The notes below the pieces were generated by a model, which was not told where the DNA came from, made no database searches, and worked only from the letters and a program-made list of their open reading frames with translations. A DNA stretch of 64,000 nt, taken from assembly GCF_024521635.1 (NCBI RefSeq), contig NW_026250432.1, positions 186,001 through 250,000 on the forward strand, in the 5' to 3' direction. How positions within the stretch are numbered: the stretch's first letter is position 1; every line of letters starts with the position of its first letter. Shown piece after piece: positions 51,216 through 64,000 of this stretch. The position numbers and the translations under genes were made by a program. The DNA comes from Tricharina praecox. Taxonomy: Eukaryota.

Positions 51216-52777
51216 TTACTGCGATGCACACTGTACACGTTCACCACCGCCGCCGTGCATGTCGTCATCCTCATCGTGCATGTGGCCGTGGCCACCCTGC
51301 TGCATAGCACGTGCCTGTTCCCGCGCGTCTACGGGCTCCAAAACGACGTCTTCCACCATGGCATCGGGGTTGAGCTCAGGGATGTTCCTCGGTGGGAGGA
51401 TGTCCTCGAGGAGCGCGAGCTTTTCGGGTGTGTTGAAGTTGTCTTCGGGGAACTTGACATCGAAGTGGATGTAGAGGTTACCCATGTCGTGGTGACGGTA
51501 AGATGGCATACCCTGTCCGCGGATCTGCTTAACGGTTCCTAGAGATCGCTGTCAGCACCACTTCCGACGAAAAGTAGACGGGCCGCCGCGACACTTACCA
51601 GGAGAGATAACCTCGCCGGGTAGGATCGACACCTGCAGGAAGCGGTCGTCGAGGTGCTCGATCACAATGGTGCCACCAGCCAGAGCTGTCAACAGATCGA
51701 TCTCGGCCTTGAAGTACAGATCGTCTCCCTTCCTCTCGAACCGATCGTGCTTCTTCTGCTCAATGACAAACACGACATCTCCGGGGATGATATCCGGGCC
51801 CTGGTCACCCTCGCCGTTGAAGGTGATCTTCTGACCCTCCTGCATGCCCTTGTCGACGGGAACGTGGAGCACCTTCCGCTCGGTGATGGTCTTCTTTCCG
51901 TGGCAGTGCTTGCATCGGTCCTTCTCCCTGATAATCTCTCCCTCTCCGCTGCAGTCGGGGCAGACAGTCTGGAAGCGCTGGATCATAGGACCCATCTGAC
52001 GCATCATCGTCTTCATACCGGCACCGTTGCAGCCACTGCACTTCTTGACCGCACCCTCCTTACCACCGCGGCCGTCGCACTTCGGACAGAGCACGCTCTT
52101 CTGCAGTGCGAGCTTCGAGATCTTTCCCTTGTAGAGATCCTCGAGCGAAACCTTGTGGACGTGCACGATGTCTCGGCTCTGCGTGACGGGGACCAGTTAG
52201 CACCGCAGCCAACGGAGGTTAGTTGCGCGGACACGACATACCCGCTTGGGACCCTGCTGCTGCATTCCGCCACCACCAAACATGCCGCCCATGCCGCCTC
52301 CGCCGCCAAAGAACTGCGAGAACAGGTCCTCCGCCGACATGCCGCCTCCCATGCCGGCATCGCCGTTGAGGCCCTCCTCGCCGTACTGGTCGTAGATCTG
52401 TCGCTTCTGGGGGTCCGACAGGATCTCGTAACTGTGTTTTCGCCGCGTAAGCAACCGACACCTCTACCACCCAGCAGCGTCAAGACGTAGGGAGAGAAAC
52501 GTACGCATGTCCAACTTCCTTGAACTTATCCGCCGCGGCCGGATCGTGAGCGTTCTTGTCAGGGTGATATTTCTAAGCGGTGGTGTTAGCGAGATTAAGT
52601 TTTTCTCCACTTGAGGGTGTGTCGTGTCCCCCCGCTCCTTGTCCTCCCCCCTCCTTCCCCCCCTCCATCACGTACCATAGCGAGCTTTCTGTACGCCTTC
52701 TTAATCTCCTGTTCCGACGCGCCAGGCTGGATCTCGAGGACATCATAGAGATGGGTCTTGCTTCCTTTCGTTGACAT
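51216..52777 (-). CDS. YDJ1: Type I DnaJ/Hsp40 co-chaperone (Ydj1/Mas5), multi-exon
   Basis: J domain (AYRKLAM|KYHPDKN), G/F region, four CxxCxGxG repeats and the C-terminal CaaX CASQ. Confidence 0.96.
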
Positions 52778-53289
52778 GTTGGCGATGTTCTATGTATGTG
52801 GGTGTGGGTGTGTGTGTGTGTGTCGGGGTGGGGCGGGGTGTATCGAGGAGGAGGAACGAAGAAGCTTTATCGTTCGTTCGTCGAGTAGTAGTGTGTGTCG
52901 AGGTGTATGTGTTGTGTTGTTGCGTGCCGGTTAGGTCAGGGTCCTGGGGGGGGAGGGTGGTGGGAGGGGTTGGGTTGGTTTATCGACAACGCAATTATTT
53001 TTTTTGCTCGTCTTTTCTTTTATTTCTCGGAGACGGAGAGGCGAGAGGGAAGGGAGGAGAAGTCAAATCGGTGGGGTACGCGGTTGCTGTCCTGTCCTGG
53101 GGTGGTGTATGGTTAAGGTAAGTAGAGTGTTGTATGAGCGAGCAGTGGGTTGGTTAAAAAGGGAAGAAGGTACGAGGCTTTGAGGGAAAGTCTTGGACGG
53201 ATGGGGGGAGGGGGGAGGGTAGCGGCGGCGGCGACGGAAAGCTGGTAGAGTAACAGTACGGTAGTGGTGGGTTCGGGATCCTCGCAGTA

Positions 53290-53485
53290 ACGTTCCTGTC
53301 CTGTCCTGCTTCTCTTATTTTCCGAGTCTCTTCTGTCTCTTCTATCTCTGCTTTGCTTCACTCCTCCCCTCTCTCTCTCTCCTCTCCTCTCTCTATCTAT
53401 CTGTCTGTCTGTCTGTCTGTCTGTATAACCTTCCCCTTCCCCCTCTCTCTCCCTCACCCTCTCGCCCTCTCGCCCTCTCGCCCTT
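53290..53485. repeat. CT/CTGT pyrimidine-rich microsatellite tract upstream of YDJ1
   Basis: (CT)n, (CTGT)n and (CTCGCCCT)n runs read directly. Confidence 0.8.
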
Positions 53486-54670
53486 TAGCCTCCTAGAGTC
53501 CCAGGAGTCTGTCCCTTTCCATACATAACGCACGCATATAGTTACATACACGCGCCCCGCAGATTCCATCTGCTTCCATCAGCATCTTTCCGCTTCGATG
53601 GTGTTCTGCGAGCCAAGCCAAGCCAGCCCATTAAACGATCTGCAAAAAAAGCAAACCACCAATAGGTAATCGGATCTGTCGCCAACAGCCGCCACCAGTT
53701 CGCAGCAAAAGCAGCAAAGGCAGCAAAGAAGTTGCCATAGGCAATCCACTACAGAGCAGAGTACCGAGCAGAATAAATCCCAACCATCGACTCGCAAGTA
53801 AATGCAGACACAGAGCCGGGAAGAAAGAAAGAAACCGTTTCCGCCCAGTTGTTTCCATACCTACACTGCCGGTACGGTACTCGGCAGCGGATTCTTTGCA
53901 GCCTTCACAGAACACGCAAACCCACGAATCCGCAAATCCGCACTAACCCCTCCCGGCTAGCCACCGAAAAGTCCAGAACGTGAAAGAATTTCCTTCACCG
54001 ACGATCACTCAGCCACATACTCCACATAGCCCATTCGCTCAGCCTTGCGGGAAAAAATGATATCATCTTTGACACATATTGTGCACAAGCTTGTTGGTTG
54101 TACCTAGCAGTGTGCGTGAGAGAAATCACCCTCTACGTATCTACCTATGTGTACAGATTCTAGCTACCATATCTATACCATACACAACACAACTGCTGCA
54201 TCGCGGCATCGCGGCAGAAACCATACCGGCATTAACAGCCTACCACCACCGCGCACGAAAAAGGAAAAGAAAAACAGAAAAACGAACAAGCATTCATGGT
54301 CGTAGTAGTAATAGTGGTCGTAGTAATAGGTAGTAGTAGAGTAAGAAGGGGGAAGGGGGAAGGAAGAGCACACATTAGAATCATCTGTTTGGGGGGAGTA
54401 GGTAGGTGGTCGGAGCACATCATCAAAAACATCACATCACATCACAATCCCATACCATAAACCGAATGAACTTTCATCCGCCGCCTTCGTATCCGCCCCT
54501 CCTCGCCTGTGAATAAAAGCACAATTGTACACCGGAATATAACACCCCCAAAAGCTCAAGAAGAAAAAAGAAGAAAAAGAGACCAAAAGAAGAACCAAAC
54601 TCAACATACACCAGCCGCCCAGTCGCCCAGCCGCCCCAACAAGTCAACAGTCAGTCAGTCACTCAGTCAC

Positions 54671-57552
54671 TCAATAATCCGTCTCCTCCGGGCAGTCGAC
54701 GCTGTCGTGCCCGTCACGCTCGCAGAGCGCACACCACTTGTCCATATCCACCGTTCCGCTGTCCTTGCCGGCCAAGGGTCCGAACGAAGAGCCCGTGTCT
54801 ACGATCGGCGGCGGCGGCGGGAGGTGGGGGAGGTGCACGCTCTTCTTCTTTTCCGCGATGGGGGTGTCGACCGAGAAGTCGTCTTCGGTGGTGGCGGACG
54901 AGACCGTAGTCGGGGGAGCAGGGGACGAAGCGGGAGGGCTTCCGCTCGGTCCGTCGGCGAGCGACAGAGACTCCTTTCGTCGCAGCGGCGGCAGGGGGGA
55001 GGACGAGGGCGTGTGTTCCTCCTGCTCGGCGGCGGCGGCAGCAGCGGCGGTCGTCGATCCGTTGGGGCCAGCTGACGCGGGGCCGCCGGCGCCAGAGCCA
55101 AACATGCTGGTGCACGTCAATATGTCGTGGCCGCCAGTCTCGCAGATCTCGCACCACGGGACGGTCGAGTCCGCATCCGAGTCGATGGGCGTCAGCTCGG
55201 AACTGTCCTTTCCTTCCGAGATCGAGGCCTCCTTGATCGGCGTAGTGTCGAGCTGGAGCTTCCGGAGCGAGTTGCCCGAGCCAGACAGCTGTCTATTTCT
55301 CCAGCCGATCCTCTCCGCCGATCCACCCGACACAACCCTGCCGCCCCATGCAGAAACAGTCTTCTCGGACGAGGCCGACGTTCTCGCTTCCCTCTTCTTA
55401 CGGAGTTCTTCGATCTCACGCTCCAGCTCCTCTTCCCGATTGACCTTGTTCTTAATCTGGTTCTGCAGTTGAGTGATCTCGTGGCTCAGCTTCTCGCCGT
55501 TCTGGCGCTCCTTAACCAGCTCAGCGCCACCATTCACCTTGGGGTGAGTCGGCGCCGCGGTATCCTCTAGCGCCACCGAATCCCTTGAGAGGGAATGGAT
55601 GATGGCCTTGAGGCCGCGGATTTCATCGTCCTTCTTCTCGACCTCGTCCTGACCATTACGCATCATCTTTCCGACCGCGGCATTGGCCACAGCAGCCGCA
55701 CTCTTCTCCCTCTCCCTTCGCAGCTCCTCCCTACTCCGCTCGACCTCGCCGCGCAAAAACTCGACTTCACCCCTCGCTTCTGCCTCGCCGCGCCTTGCAT
55801 CCTCAAGCCCCTCCTCCAACTCGGCCACCAGCTCCTCCAGCTGCTTAAGCTGCCGGGCCACCGAGTCGACATCTTCGTTGCGGTCCTGCAGCTCCCGAAT
55901 GTCTTCCATGAGGTCCGCGACGCGCTTCTCATAGACGCGCTCCGTTTCCGAGCTCGCGAGCTCCAGCGTATCGATCGTGCTCCGGAAGTCCGCGCGGTGC
56001 GCATCGAACTCGGCCGTGAGGTGTGCAATCTTCTCGTTCTTCTCGCGGAGCAGCGCCCGCAGCTGCGATGCGTCGGCATCTTCAAACGTGTTGGACCGCG
56101 GTGACATCATCCCGCCGTTCATCAGATTCTGAAGCTCGACCAAGGACGCCTCCATCTCCAGCAGTGACGCCGCCTGCCCCTGTAACTGCCGGTCCTTGTC
56201 TGACAACTCGACCTTGAGCGCCGCAATGATGCCGTCCATTTCCTCGCTCCTCGCCATTCCTATGCCAGAGTCGATCGGGGAAGAAGAGTAGTTTTGGTGG
56301 TGGTGGTGGTGGTGGTTGTGATACGGTGTCGGCATCGGTTCCTCCTCCTCCATGTGTCTATCCAGCGAGCTGCCCGGCCGCGAAAACCCGATCGAACTGC
56401 CACTCCTCAATGCCAGATTGGATTTTGGCTGCTTCAGCGTGTGCAGTTGTGATGTTGGTGTTTTGGGCGGTTTGGGTGTTGATATGGTCGGTGTCCTACT
56501 GTTCTGATAATCGCCCGCTATGCTTCCTGCCACACTGCCCGCTCTCGCACGCCCCTGGAAGTTTGGCCGTCCTATCGCCGGAGTGGGTGAAAGTGCCCCG
56601 ATCCGTGTGCCCATTGCAGACCCAGCTCGCGGAGTGCTTGGGGGAAGTAGACTCGGTCTCGATGGTCCTCCCAGAGGCCCCGGTGTGTTCATCCTCCGTA
56701 CTGGGCTTTCTGGCCGGCCCGAAAGAGATGGTCGACCACTGCCGGGGGTCTTCATAGCACTACTGAAGGCACGGCCGGCAGGAGATTCGGAGCGGACACG
56801 ATTGGGTGTTATTGCTGGCGGGGCAAGGGTCGACGGACTATCGAGGAATGTCGGAGTCGGCGGGGCTTGCGAGGAGTCTACGGAGTTTCGTTTGCTGGCT
56901 CGAGCCAGAGGAACAAAGATCCCCGACTGAGGTTGTGCCGTTGTAAAGTATCGAACCCTGCAAGAGACACACGCGAATGCCGTCAGTCAGTCGGTCAGTC
57001 AAAACGGTCGCGAAAAACAAAAGTGCGCGTGCCGCCAAGTCGAGCATTGTCTCCCGGCTGCTACAGCAAACAGCCCATCACATGGGAGACAACAACGGCA
57101 GACAGACAGTGCCAGATCGAACGAAGCTTATCGGGTGTTCCTTACCCATCGACAGCGCCGTCATTCTTCCCCCTTCCAGCGAGCTCACCCTCGAGCTCGA
57201 CGCCCACAAACACTCCGCCCTTCCCCTTCACGTTGCCAATGAACTTGACGATGCCGTGCATTCCGCCGGGGGTGTTGACCAGGTCACCGACCTCGACGTC
57301 TCCGGAGCGGGCGGCCTGGCGCACGCCATAGCCCGCGCTCGAGTCGGGAATCGACGCCAGCGAGTTCTGTGTGAGTTGGTTGTAGCTGGTCTTGCGGGCC
57401 AACATTTCTCGCGAAATCTGCGGCGTCAGCGATGGTGTTGGAGGAATGCTCTCGTTGTTGTTGCTGTTGGGTGTGGTGTAGGTTCGAAGCGAGGGCCGTC
57501 GTTGTCTCCCTAGACCGAACCTTCTCGCGGGCGTAAGTGGCGTGCTTGTCAT
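54671..57552 (-). CDS. CAP-Gly microtubule plus-end protein, CLIP-170/Bik1/Tip1-like; exons 57552-57146, 56957-54671
   Basis: CAP-Gly GVFVGVEL..GKNDGAVDG|VRYF; S/P-rich linker; coiled coil; two zinc knuckles (CEICETGGHDILTC, CALCERDGHDSVDC); acidic-aromatic tail EETDY. Confidence 0.92.
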
Positions 57553-60315
57553 CGCTTCGTGTTAGTTTCCGTTGCTCTTCGTAGTGGGTTAGGGGGGTTC
57601 GGCGCAAAGGCAGCACAGCAAGAACAGATCGCGGTTTTTTTGAGGGGAGAGAGAGGGGGGTGTGTTTTTTGTGAGGAGAGGGAAAAGAAGGTGTAGAGTG
57701 TAGACGATAGTGATTCGTTCACATACCGGTGACGGAGGGAAGGAGGAGAACGACGCAGATGCAGCTGCTTCTTCCTTCAAAATCACAGGGGCTGCTGCTG
57801 TGGCCAGGGGGAGCTGGTTGCATGGAAACGGTGTGCAGTTGCAGTTGTAGATGATCATCAAATCATTCGAGCAAAGGCCTTTCGTTTCGTTTGGCCGTGA
57901 CTGAAGAGGTTGTTTGATCCTGCCAGTCCTCTCTTCTCTTCTCTTCTTCTTCCCCTTGGCTCGTGTAGTTCGGCTGGTGAACGGTTCGATCTGTTTGTTC
58001 CAAGTGTGATGGAAGGGCGAGAGGCGAGCGTAAGGACGAATGTGAAGCAAGTTGACGAAGTTGAATGAGTCGTGTGAGAGTGAACGTGAAAAAAGTCTTT
58101 CTTCCCTTGGACTCGGGGATAACCACTAGGAGAAAGGGATCAGAGAAGAGTCGAAAGAGCAGCAGAGCAGCAGAGCAAACCCACAGACCTCTCCAGAAGT
58201 ATCAAGACTCACTCGATGGGGCGGCTCAGGGGAAAACGCAAAGAACTTGGCCCGTTTGGGAACCGCGTTCGCCCTCCAGCCCGCACATGCACACACGAAC
58301 GAACGAAACGAACGAAACCCATCCAAGAGAGCAGTTATGTAGAAGAATTATGTAGATACCGGCTGGATGCTTCTCGTCTCCTTTCTTCTCTCGCCCGTGG
58401 TACGGCAGACCTCGAAGATATACACTTTTTTTGTTTTATGAAACGCGTTCACACGCACCTCGCTCAAAACCTTGCAAGGCGAGGCGAGGCGAGGCGAGAA
58501 GCCTTTATCTCTTGGGCTGACGGGCCGGGGAGCCTGGCTGGTGTGGAGATGGGGCTCAAGTACGTCCTTAGTTATCACAAGATCCTCATGGAAGGAGATC
58601 GCCACATATGCATACGTTTAACCTCGCTCCAGCCAGCTAAGACCAATGAATGTTCCTGGCTTTCTGGCCTGTCAGAAGTGATGCTCAGAGCCTGTCAATT
58701 GTCAAGTGAGGGGAATCCGAACGATCCCGTTGGCAGGTGCGGGCTGCCGGCCGGTGTCACTCATGGCTTGACAGGCGAAAGGGAGTCATTTCTCAAAGTG
58801 ACAGATGCGTGGTTATATTGGGACACGTAGGTAGCGTACCCAGAAACTGTCGAGTGATAAAGACCTGGTTCTGATGTTGTGATGTGCTCTAAGACTGACG
58901 CCTCCGGACTGCCACTATGTAGGAAAATAGGACAACCAGCAAATAGGAGTTCTTCACCAGCGATCACGCCGATTCCTAATATCCACCTAAGCATTTGCTT
59001 ATGACAGTGTTCCTGTCGCCACGGGAAAAGCACTGACCCCGACGGAATCGGAGCTTCCAGCAAGGCCGATAGGCTGTGCCGCCTAACTCCGCTTCCTGCA
59101 TGCATATGCGGGAGTACCTCGATATCGCCAGCCCTGGAGAAAACAGGTGGGTGCTCGATTACCGCGCGCACGCTTATCGACTGCTGCATCCCCTCCGGGT
59201 TCGGTGGACATCTGCCGTTTGCTTGCTTACTTCGTGTGTAGATATTTCCGCCGCAGCCGTAGAGCTCGTACACATGTAGAGTAACTGTGCCCATCGGCCC
59301 CACAAATCGCTACGGACAGGAGTGCGTGCAAGACACGTCGTTACCTACATCTTACTCTGCACCGTTCGGAAGATGGGGTTGCAGTCTGGGCCCTGCCAGA
59401 GGTCGGAATCCGGATGCTGGTGACTCGTGAGGACCCTTCGCCGTGCTTGACGGCAAACGGACTGCTGAGGATGCTGTTGGCAGTTGCCTCCTCCCCCTCG
59501 CTTCCCGGAGATCGGAGGAGGTCGAAAAAGGTGGACGAGATTTAACTCCGCATCCGGGCCCGATCACGTAACCATGCAGCACAAATGCTTAACTGCTGCC
59601 TGTAAGCGGCGACAGAATCCAGATATCCGACAACTTTAAAAAAAAGTCAAAAAAAGTAATCCTTTGTCCCATCTTTCAAATGCTCATGTGGGAGGGGCGG
59701 GTTTCAGATAAATCAACATGTAAAAAGATACGTTCACGAAGAATCCTTAGATAAGCAGGAATGCACCAGCAGTTTTCGATGGTGTGTAATTCTTGCAAAG
59801 CGGAGCTATACCGCATTGGGCAGTCACCGGCGCAGCAGGGGTGATTTACAAGAATTGACAAATTGGCGGGGCAGGCTGCGGGTCGGATTAGGCGGTGTAA
59901 GCAGCTTGTAATCATCCGCAAGCAAAATGATGCTTCTCTGCAGCACCAGCCAGGCCAAATGGTGGCTGCTTGTCAACCTCTAATCTTCGCTCCGTGTGGG
60001 CAAGTTCCTTGAGAATAATCTGCTAGTGGACCCCGTTCACCGCTTCGCATTCCAGTTCGGGGATAGCTGTACCTTAATGGGGTGAAGACAGCGTTCAATC
60101 GCGACTCCCCTCGGATATCCGCTGGACCCCAAGACGCTGAGTGGGCGGGGTGTAGCAGGAGGATGTGCAGCAGTGGGAGGAGGAGGAATGATATAAAACC
60201 TACCCTTCTCCCAGACAATCATCCCATTCTCATTCCCAGCACACAGCATCTCATCCTCTTTCCTCCACACACAACCTCATCCACTCTCCCCAAGTCAACC
60301 CCACAAACCTCAACA

Positions 60316-61053
60316 ATGGCCAAGATCGCTATCGTCATCTACTCCATGTACGGCCACGTTGCCACTCTCGCCGAGGCCGAGAAGAAGGGTATCGAGGCTG
60401 CCGGTGGACAGGTCGACCTCTACCAGTATGTTGCACATTACTCACGATCTACAGATGTTGTGGTGAAAGATCAATCGCTGACAGTGTTTCTCCAGGGTTC
60501 CCGAGACTCTCCCCCAGGAGGTCCTGACCAAGATGCACGCCGCTCCCAAGCGTGACTACACCATCGCTACCGCTGATGCCCTCCGCAACTACGACGGTAT
60601 CATCTTCGGTATCCCCACCCGTTACGGAAACTTCCCCGGCCAGTTCAAGTCCTTCATCGACACCACTGGTTCCCTGTGGCAGGAGGGTGCTCTCTCCGGC
60701 AAGTACGTTGCTCTGTTCATCTCCACTGGAACCATGGGTGGAGGTCAGGAGTCGACTGCGATCGCCGCCATGAGCACCTTCGCCCACCACGGTCTCATCT
60801 ACGTTCCCCTCGGATACAAGCACGCTTTCCCCATCCTTGCCGATCTCTCTGAGGTCCGCGGTGGTTCCCCTTGGGGTGCTGGTACCTTCGCTGTATGTTA
60901 TCCCGCATTCTTCGCACTCAATCGGAATGATATACTGACATGTAAAAGGGCGCCGACGGTTCCCGCTCTCCCTCCGCCAAGGAGCTCGAGCTCGCTGAGA
61001 TCCAGGGTAAGATGTTCTACGAGACCGTCGCCAAGGCCTACGGATCAGCGTGA
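60316..61053 (+). CDS. PST2: Flavodoxin-like NAD(P)H:quinone oxidoreductase (WrbA/Pst2/Ycp4 family), 203 aa to the first stop; exons 60316-60425, 60496-60892, 60949-61053
   Basis: [55 protein letters not shown]-like tataaa at about 60192. Confidence 0.93.
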
Positions 61054-61548
61054 CTCCATGGTAGTGACAACACTCCTGCCGCTGTTGAGGGCACCTCGGC
61101 ACCAGCAAGGAACGGAGCTTCGGCAGTACGGAAGAAGGAGAGGAAGGAGAAGGAGGCGGGACCCTGCGGACTTCCAGGGAACTGTGTCGTTACGTAGGTA
61201 GTTGGCTGAGCGCGGGAGTTCTGGGATTTACCTTCGTTTTTTCCTTTTCGCTAGTTTTCGGTTCAGCGTCTGCGTAATAGTTCAAATATGGGACATTCCG
61301 TTGCCTAATAATAAATAAACAAAATTTTTGTCTCCCAACTTCCGTGATCGTTTTGTGTCTGTGTCAGGTTTTCACGAGCGGGATGGAGCCCCTGCTCGCA
61401 GAGCAGAGGCTAATCAAGCGGCTAGCCGGTGGTCGCACTTCGGCAACAGCCGATCGCTCTCCCCACCCCTCTTCCGCCCGCTCCAAGTGACCTGAACTTC
61501 CCAACTCTCCCCCGCATCCTCCGTCTCCAATCTATACAACACCAAACC

Positions 61549-62892
61549 ATGTCGGAAAAGCCATTACAGAATGATCGTCTCCTGCGTGCTGCAAAAGGTC
61601 GGAACCGCTGCTCGATTGACCCATTGCCTTACTGACGTTGCCATTCAAGGCCTACCGGTCGACCGCCCGCCAATGTGGGTGATGCGTCAAGGTGCACTTC
61701 CTCAACTCCTCCGAGCTGTCATCCGACATATGGCACAATTACTCACTAACATGTTAACCCACGAAAGCCGGTAGATACCTTCCTGGTACGTCTATCCTTC
61801 CCCCTCACTCCTCCTCCTCCTCCGCATTCCCATCTAACGTTACTGGCACACAATAGAGTACAATGCCACCAAGGGCACACGCGACTTCTTCGAGATCTGT
61901 CGGTCGCCCGAGATCGCGAGCACGATCACGCTGCAGCCGATCGAGCGGTTCCAGCCACTCATCGACGCGGCGATCATCTTCAGCGACATTCTCGTCGTGC
62001 CGCAAGCGCTGGGGATGACGGTAGAGATGGTTGAGAAGCGGGGGCCGGTATTTCCCGAGCCTTTGCGGCACCCGAGTGATTGCGAGAAGCTCCGGAAGGA
62101 GGTGGATGTGACGAAGGAGCTGGGCTACGTCTTTGAGGCGATTAAGGAGACCAGACGGAAGCTCGACGGAAGGGTCCCGCTGTTCGGCTTCGTCGGCGCC
62201 CCCTGGACCCTCATGGCTTACATGATCGAGGGGGGTGGCAGCAAGATGTTCACAGAGATCAAGCGCTGGATCTTTGCCTGGCCCGAGGAGTCCAAGGCGC
62301 TGCTGCAGCAGATCACAGATGTCGTGATTGAATTCCTCGCGCGGCAGGTTGAGGCCGGCGCACAGGTACCTCCCGCCCCGCTCACAGCCCCACTCCGCGC
62401 TGACACACCACTTAGATCGTACAAGTCTTCGACTCCTGGGCAGGCGAGCTGGCACCGCACGACTTCGCGGTCTTCTCGCTGCCCTACCTGCGGCAGATAT
62501 CGTCGCGGCTGCCCGCGCGGCTCGCCGAGCTCGGCCTCGACCGCGTGCCCATGACCGTCTTTGCCAAGGGCGCGTGGTACGCGCTCGATGACCTGTGCGA
62601 CTCCGGCTACGACTGTGTTGGCCTCGACTGGACGCATGATCCTGCCGAGGCGTGCAGAATCGCCCGCGGCAGAGTCACCCTCCAAGGGAATCTCGATCCG
62701 AATACTCTGTATGGTGGACGCGAGGCGATTACGAAGGGCGTGGAGAGGATGGTTGGAGGGTTTAAGGAAGCCAAGGGAAGGTATATTGTTAACCTCGGAC
62801 ATGGAATCACCCCTGGGGTCAACCCGGACGATCTTAAGTGGTTCTTTGAGGAGGTCGTTAGAGTCGGCACTGAGGTTTATAAGGAGTTTTAA
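61549..62892 (+). CDS. HEM12: Uroporphyrinogen decarboxylase, multi-exon, including an 18-nt micro-exon at 61768-61785
   Basis: [65 protein letters not shown]. Confidence 0.96.
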
Positions 62893-63242
62893 ACCACCAG
62901 GGCTGCGCTGTGTGGAAGTGATGGGAGATGTCATGTACTCTAGATGACGAATCGATGAACGTGGTTGACAGGAAACGTTTGATTGCTGATGCTGAATCGG
63001 ATAGGTATACTGATGCTTCGGATTCGGTATTCAAGGCAATGGTGTGCAATCATCCATCTAGAGGCTGGGTTACAACTTGCAAGTTCTAGAATTCCCCAAA
63101 TACTCTATGATCACTCGCTGCCCGACCTTGATCGGGTATTGGAAAGTATGACCGAATATTGTATTGAGAAAGTCTGCAGGCCTCGATAGAAGACGGGAAA
63201 GAGGGGTGGTATGTAGCATAGGCGAGCCGTCATGACTGAGTA

Positions 63243-63567
63243 ACCGACTACGCAACAAACGACTACGCAATGAACGACTATGGAACGGACGACTACATAA
63301 GGAATAGACGACTACATAAGGAACGAACGACTATGGAGAGAACGACTATGGAGTGACCGCCTATGGAGCGAACGACTAAGGAACGGACGACTATGGAACG
63401 GACGACTAAGGAACGGACGCCTATGGAACGACCGCCTATGGAACGACCGCCTACGGAGCGACCGCCTATGGCGACTACGCAACGAACGACTACGCAACGG
63501 ACGACTAAGGAGCGACTGCATAAGGAACGAACGACTAAGGAACGACCGCCTATGGAGCGAACGACTC
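63243..63567. repeat. ~15-bp minisatellite (GGAACGRMCGMCTAW-like units)
   Basis: About 20 degenerate units such as ggaacggacgactat, ggaacgaccgcctat and gcaacgaacgactac. Confidence 0.9.
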
Positions 63568-64000
63568 GATCTCGGTATTACAACATCGGGTATACCTACT
63601 GGAATAGACTCTCATCTAGTACATAGGTGGGTAGATGTAGGGTGGATTTAATCGAGTGAGAGGGGGGGGTGGGGTGGGGGGGGGGGGAGCTGTCATACTA
63701 CATTCCCTTACTCTAAACAAACCTCCACTATCCCTCCCTGAAGGAAGAGGGGGCTTCCACCACCGCCAGACTTCGGTCGAATGAGATTTTCCGCTGCCCG
63801 ATGCTGCTACTTCCCGTTGACGCCGAGTGACCGCACCGGACCGGACCTGTCAACGCCACATTGTACATCGTACCTGCACTGGTTACATGTGGCATTCGGT
63901 AGGTGGGTTACAGTCTACTGAGTCCACTGAGTCCAGCGTACATGGTCGAGTACGATACATACGGTGCATACTCGAGTACGGTACGGGATTCGGTATGGAT

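Noticed and set aside
54738..56104. Long antisense ORFs over the CAP-Gly gene (similar ones over YDJ1, MSH1 and HEM12)
   Set aside because: Expected shadow ORFs of GC-rich coding sequence.
58216..59303. 204-aa and 180-aa ORFs between the CAP-Gly gene and PST2
   Set aside because: No recognisable domain or codon bias; they overlap simple repeats in a divergent promoter region.
61007..61064. Alternative intron (gtaaga...tag) that skips the PST2 stop
   Set aside because: It would enter the +1 frame (VTTLL...SLRR), truncate the last helix and miss the CaaX.
63243..63567. CRISPR-like array
   Set aside because: Degenerate tandem units without unique spacers, in a eukaryotic context.

Overview
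Eukaryotic genomic DNA from an intron-containing filamentous ascomycete. Short GT-AG introns with CTAAC/CTGAC branch sites and the gene content suggest a Pezizomycotina species, possibly Pezizomycetes (inference only). I assembled spliced gene models by hand. Apparently intact genes: a partial MARVEL-like membrane protein, an NDP-glucose 4,6-dehydratase, a large PLP-dependent aromatic amino acid decarboxylase, a CCCH/Smr protein, a peroxisomal APH/ACAD11-N-like kinase, a Q/P-rich WW protein, a secreted DUF3455 protein, a HeLo-like/pseudokinase protein, MSH1, YDJ1, a CLIP-170-like CAP-Gly protein, a Pst2/WrbA flavodoxin-like quinone reductase and HEM12. Decayed elements: an SDR pseudogene, a truncated Ty1/copia element, a C2H2-NACHT (NLR-like) gene and several repeats. 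The most striking observation is at the flavodoxin-like gene. Its TGA-C stop is followed in frame by 47 sense codons ending in a basic patch, an upstream Cys and a CaaX box (..GPCGLPGNCVVT*). This suggests stop-codon recoding that yields both soluble (Pst2-like) and lipid-anchored (Ycp4-like) isoforms from one gene. Other leads are a head-to-head NLR-like/effector pair with a template-switch scar, a hammerhead-like structured RNA relic, a GC-AG intron and a candidate microprotein transcript.
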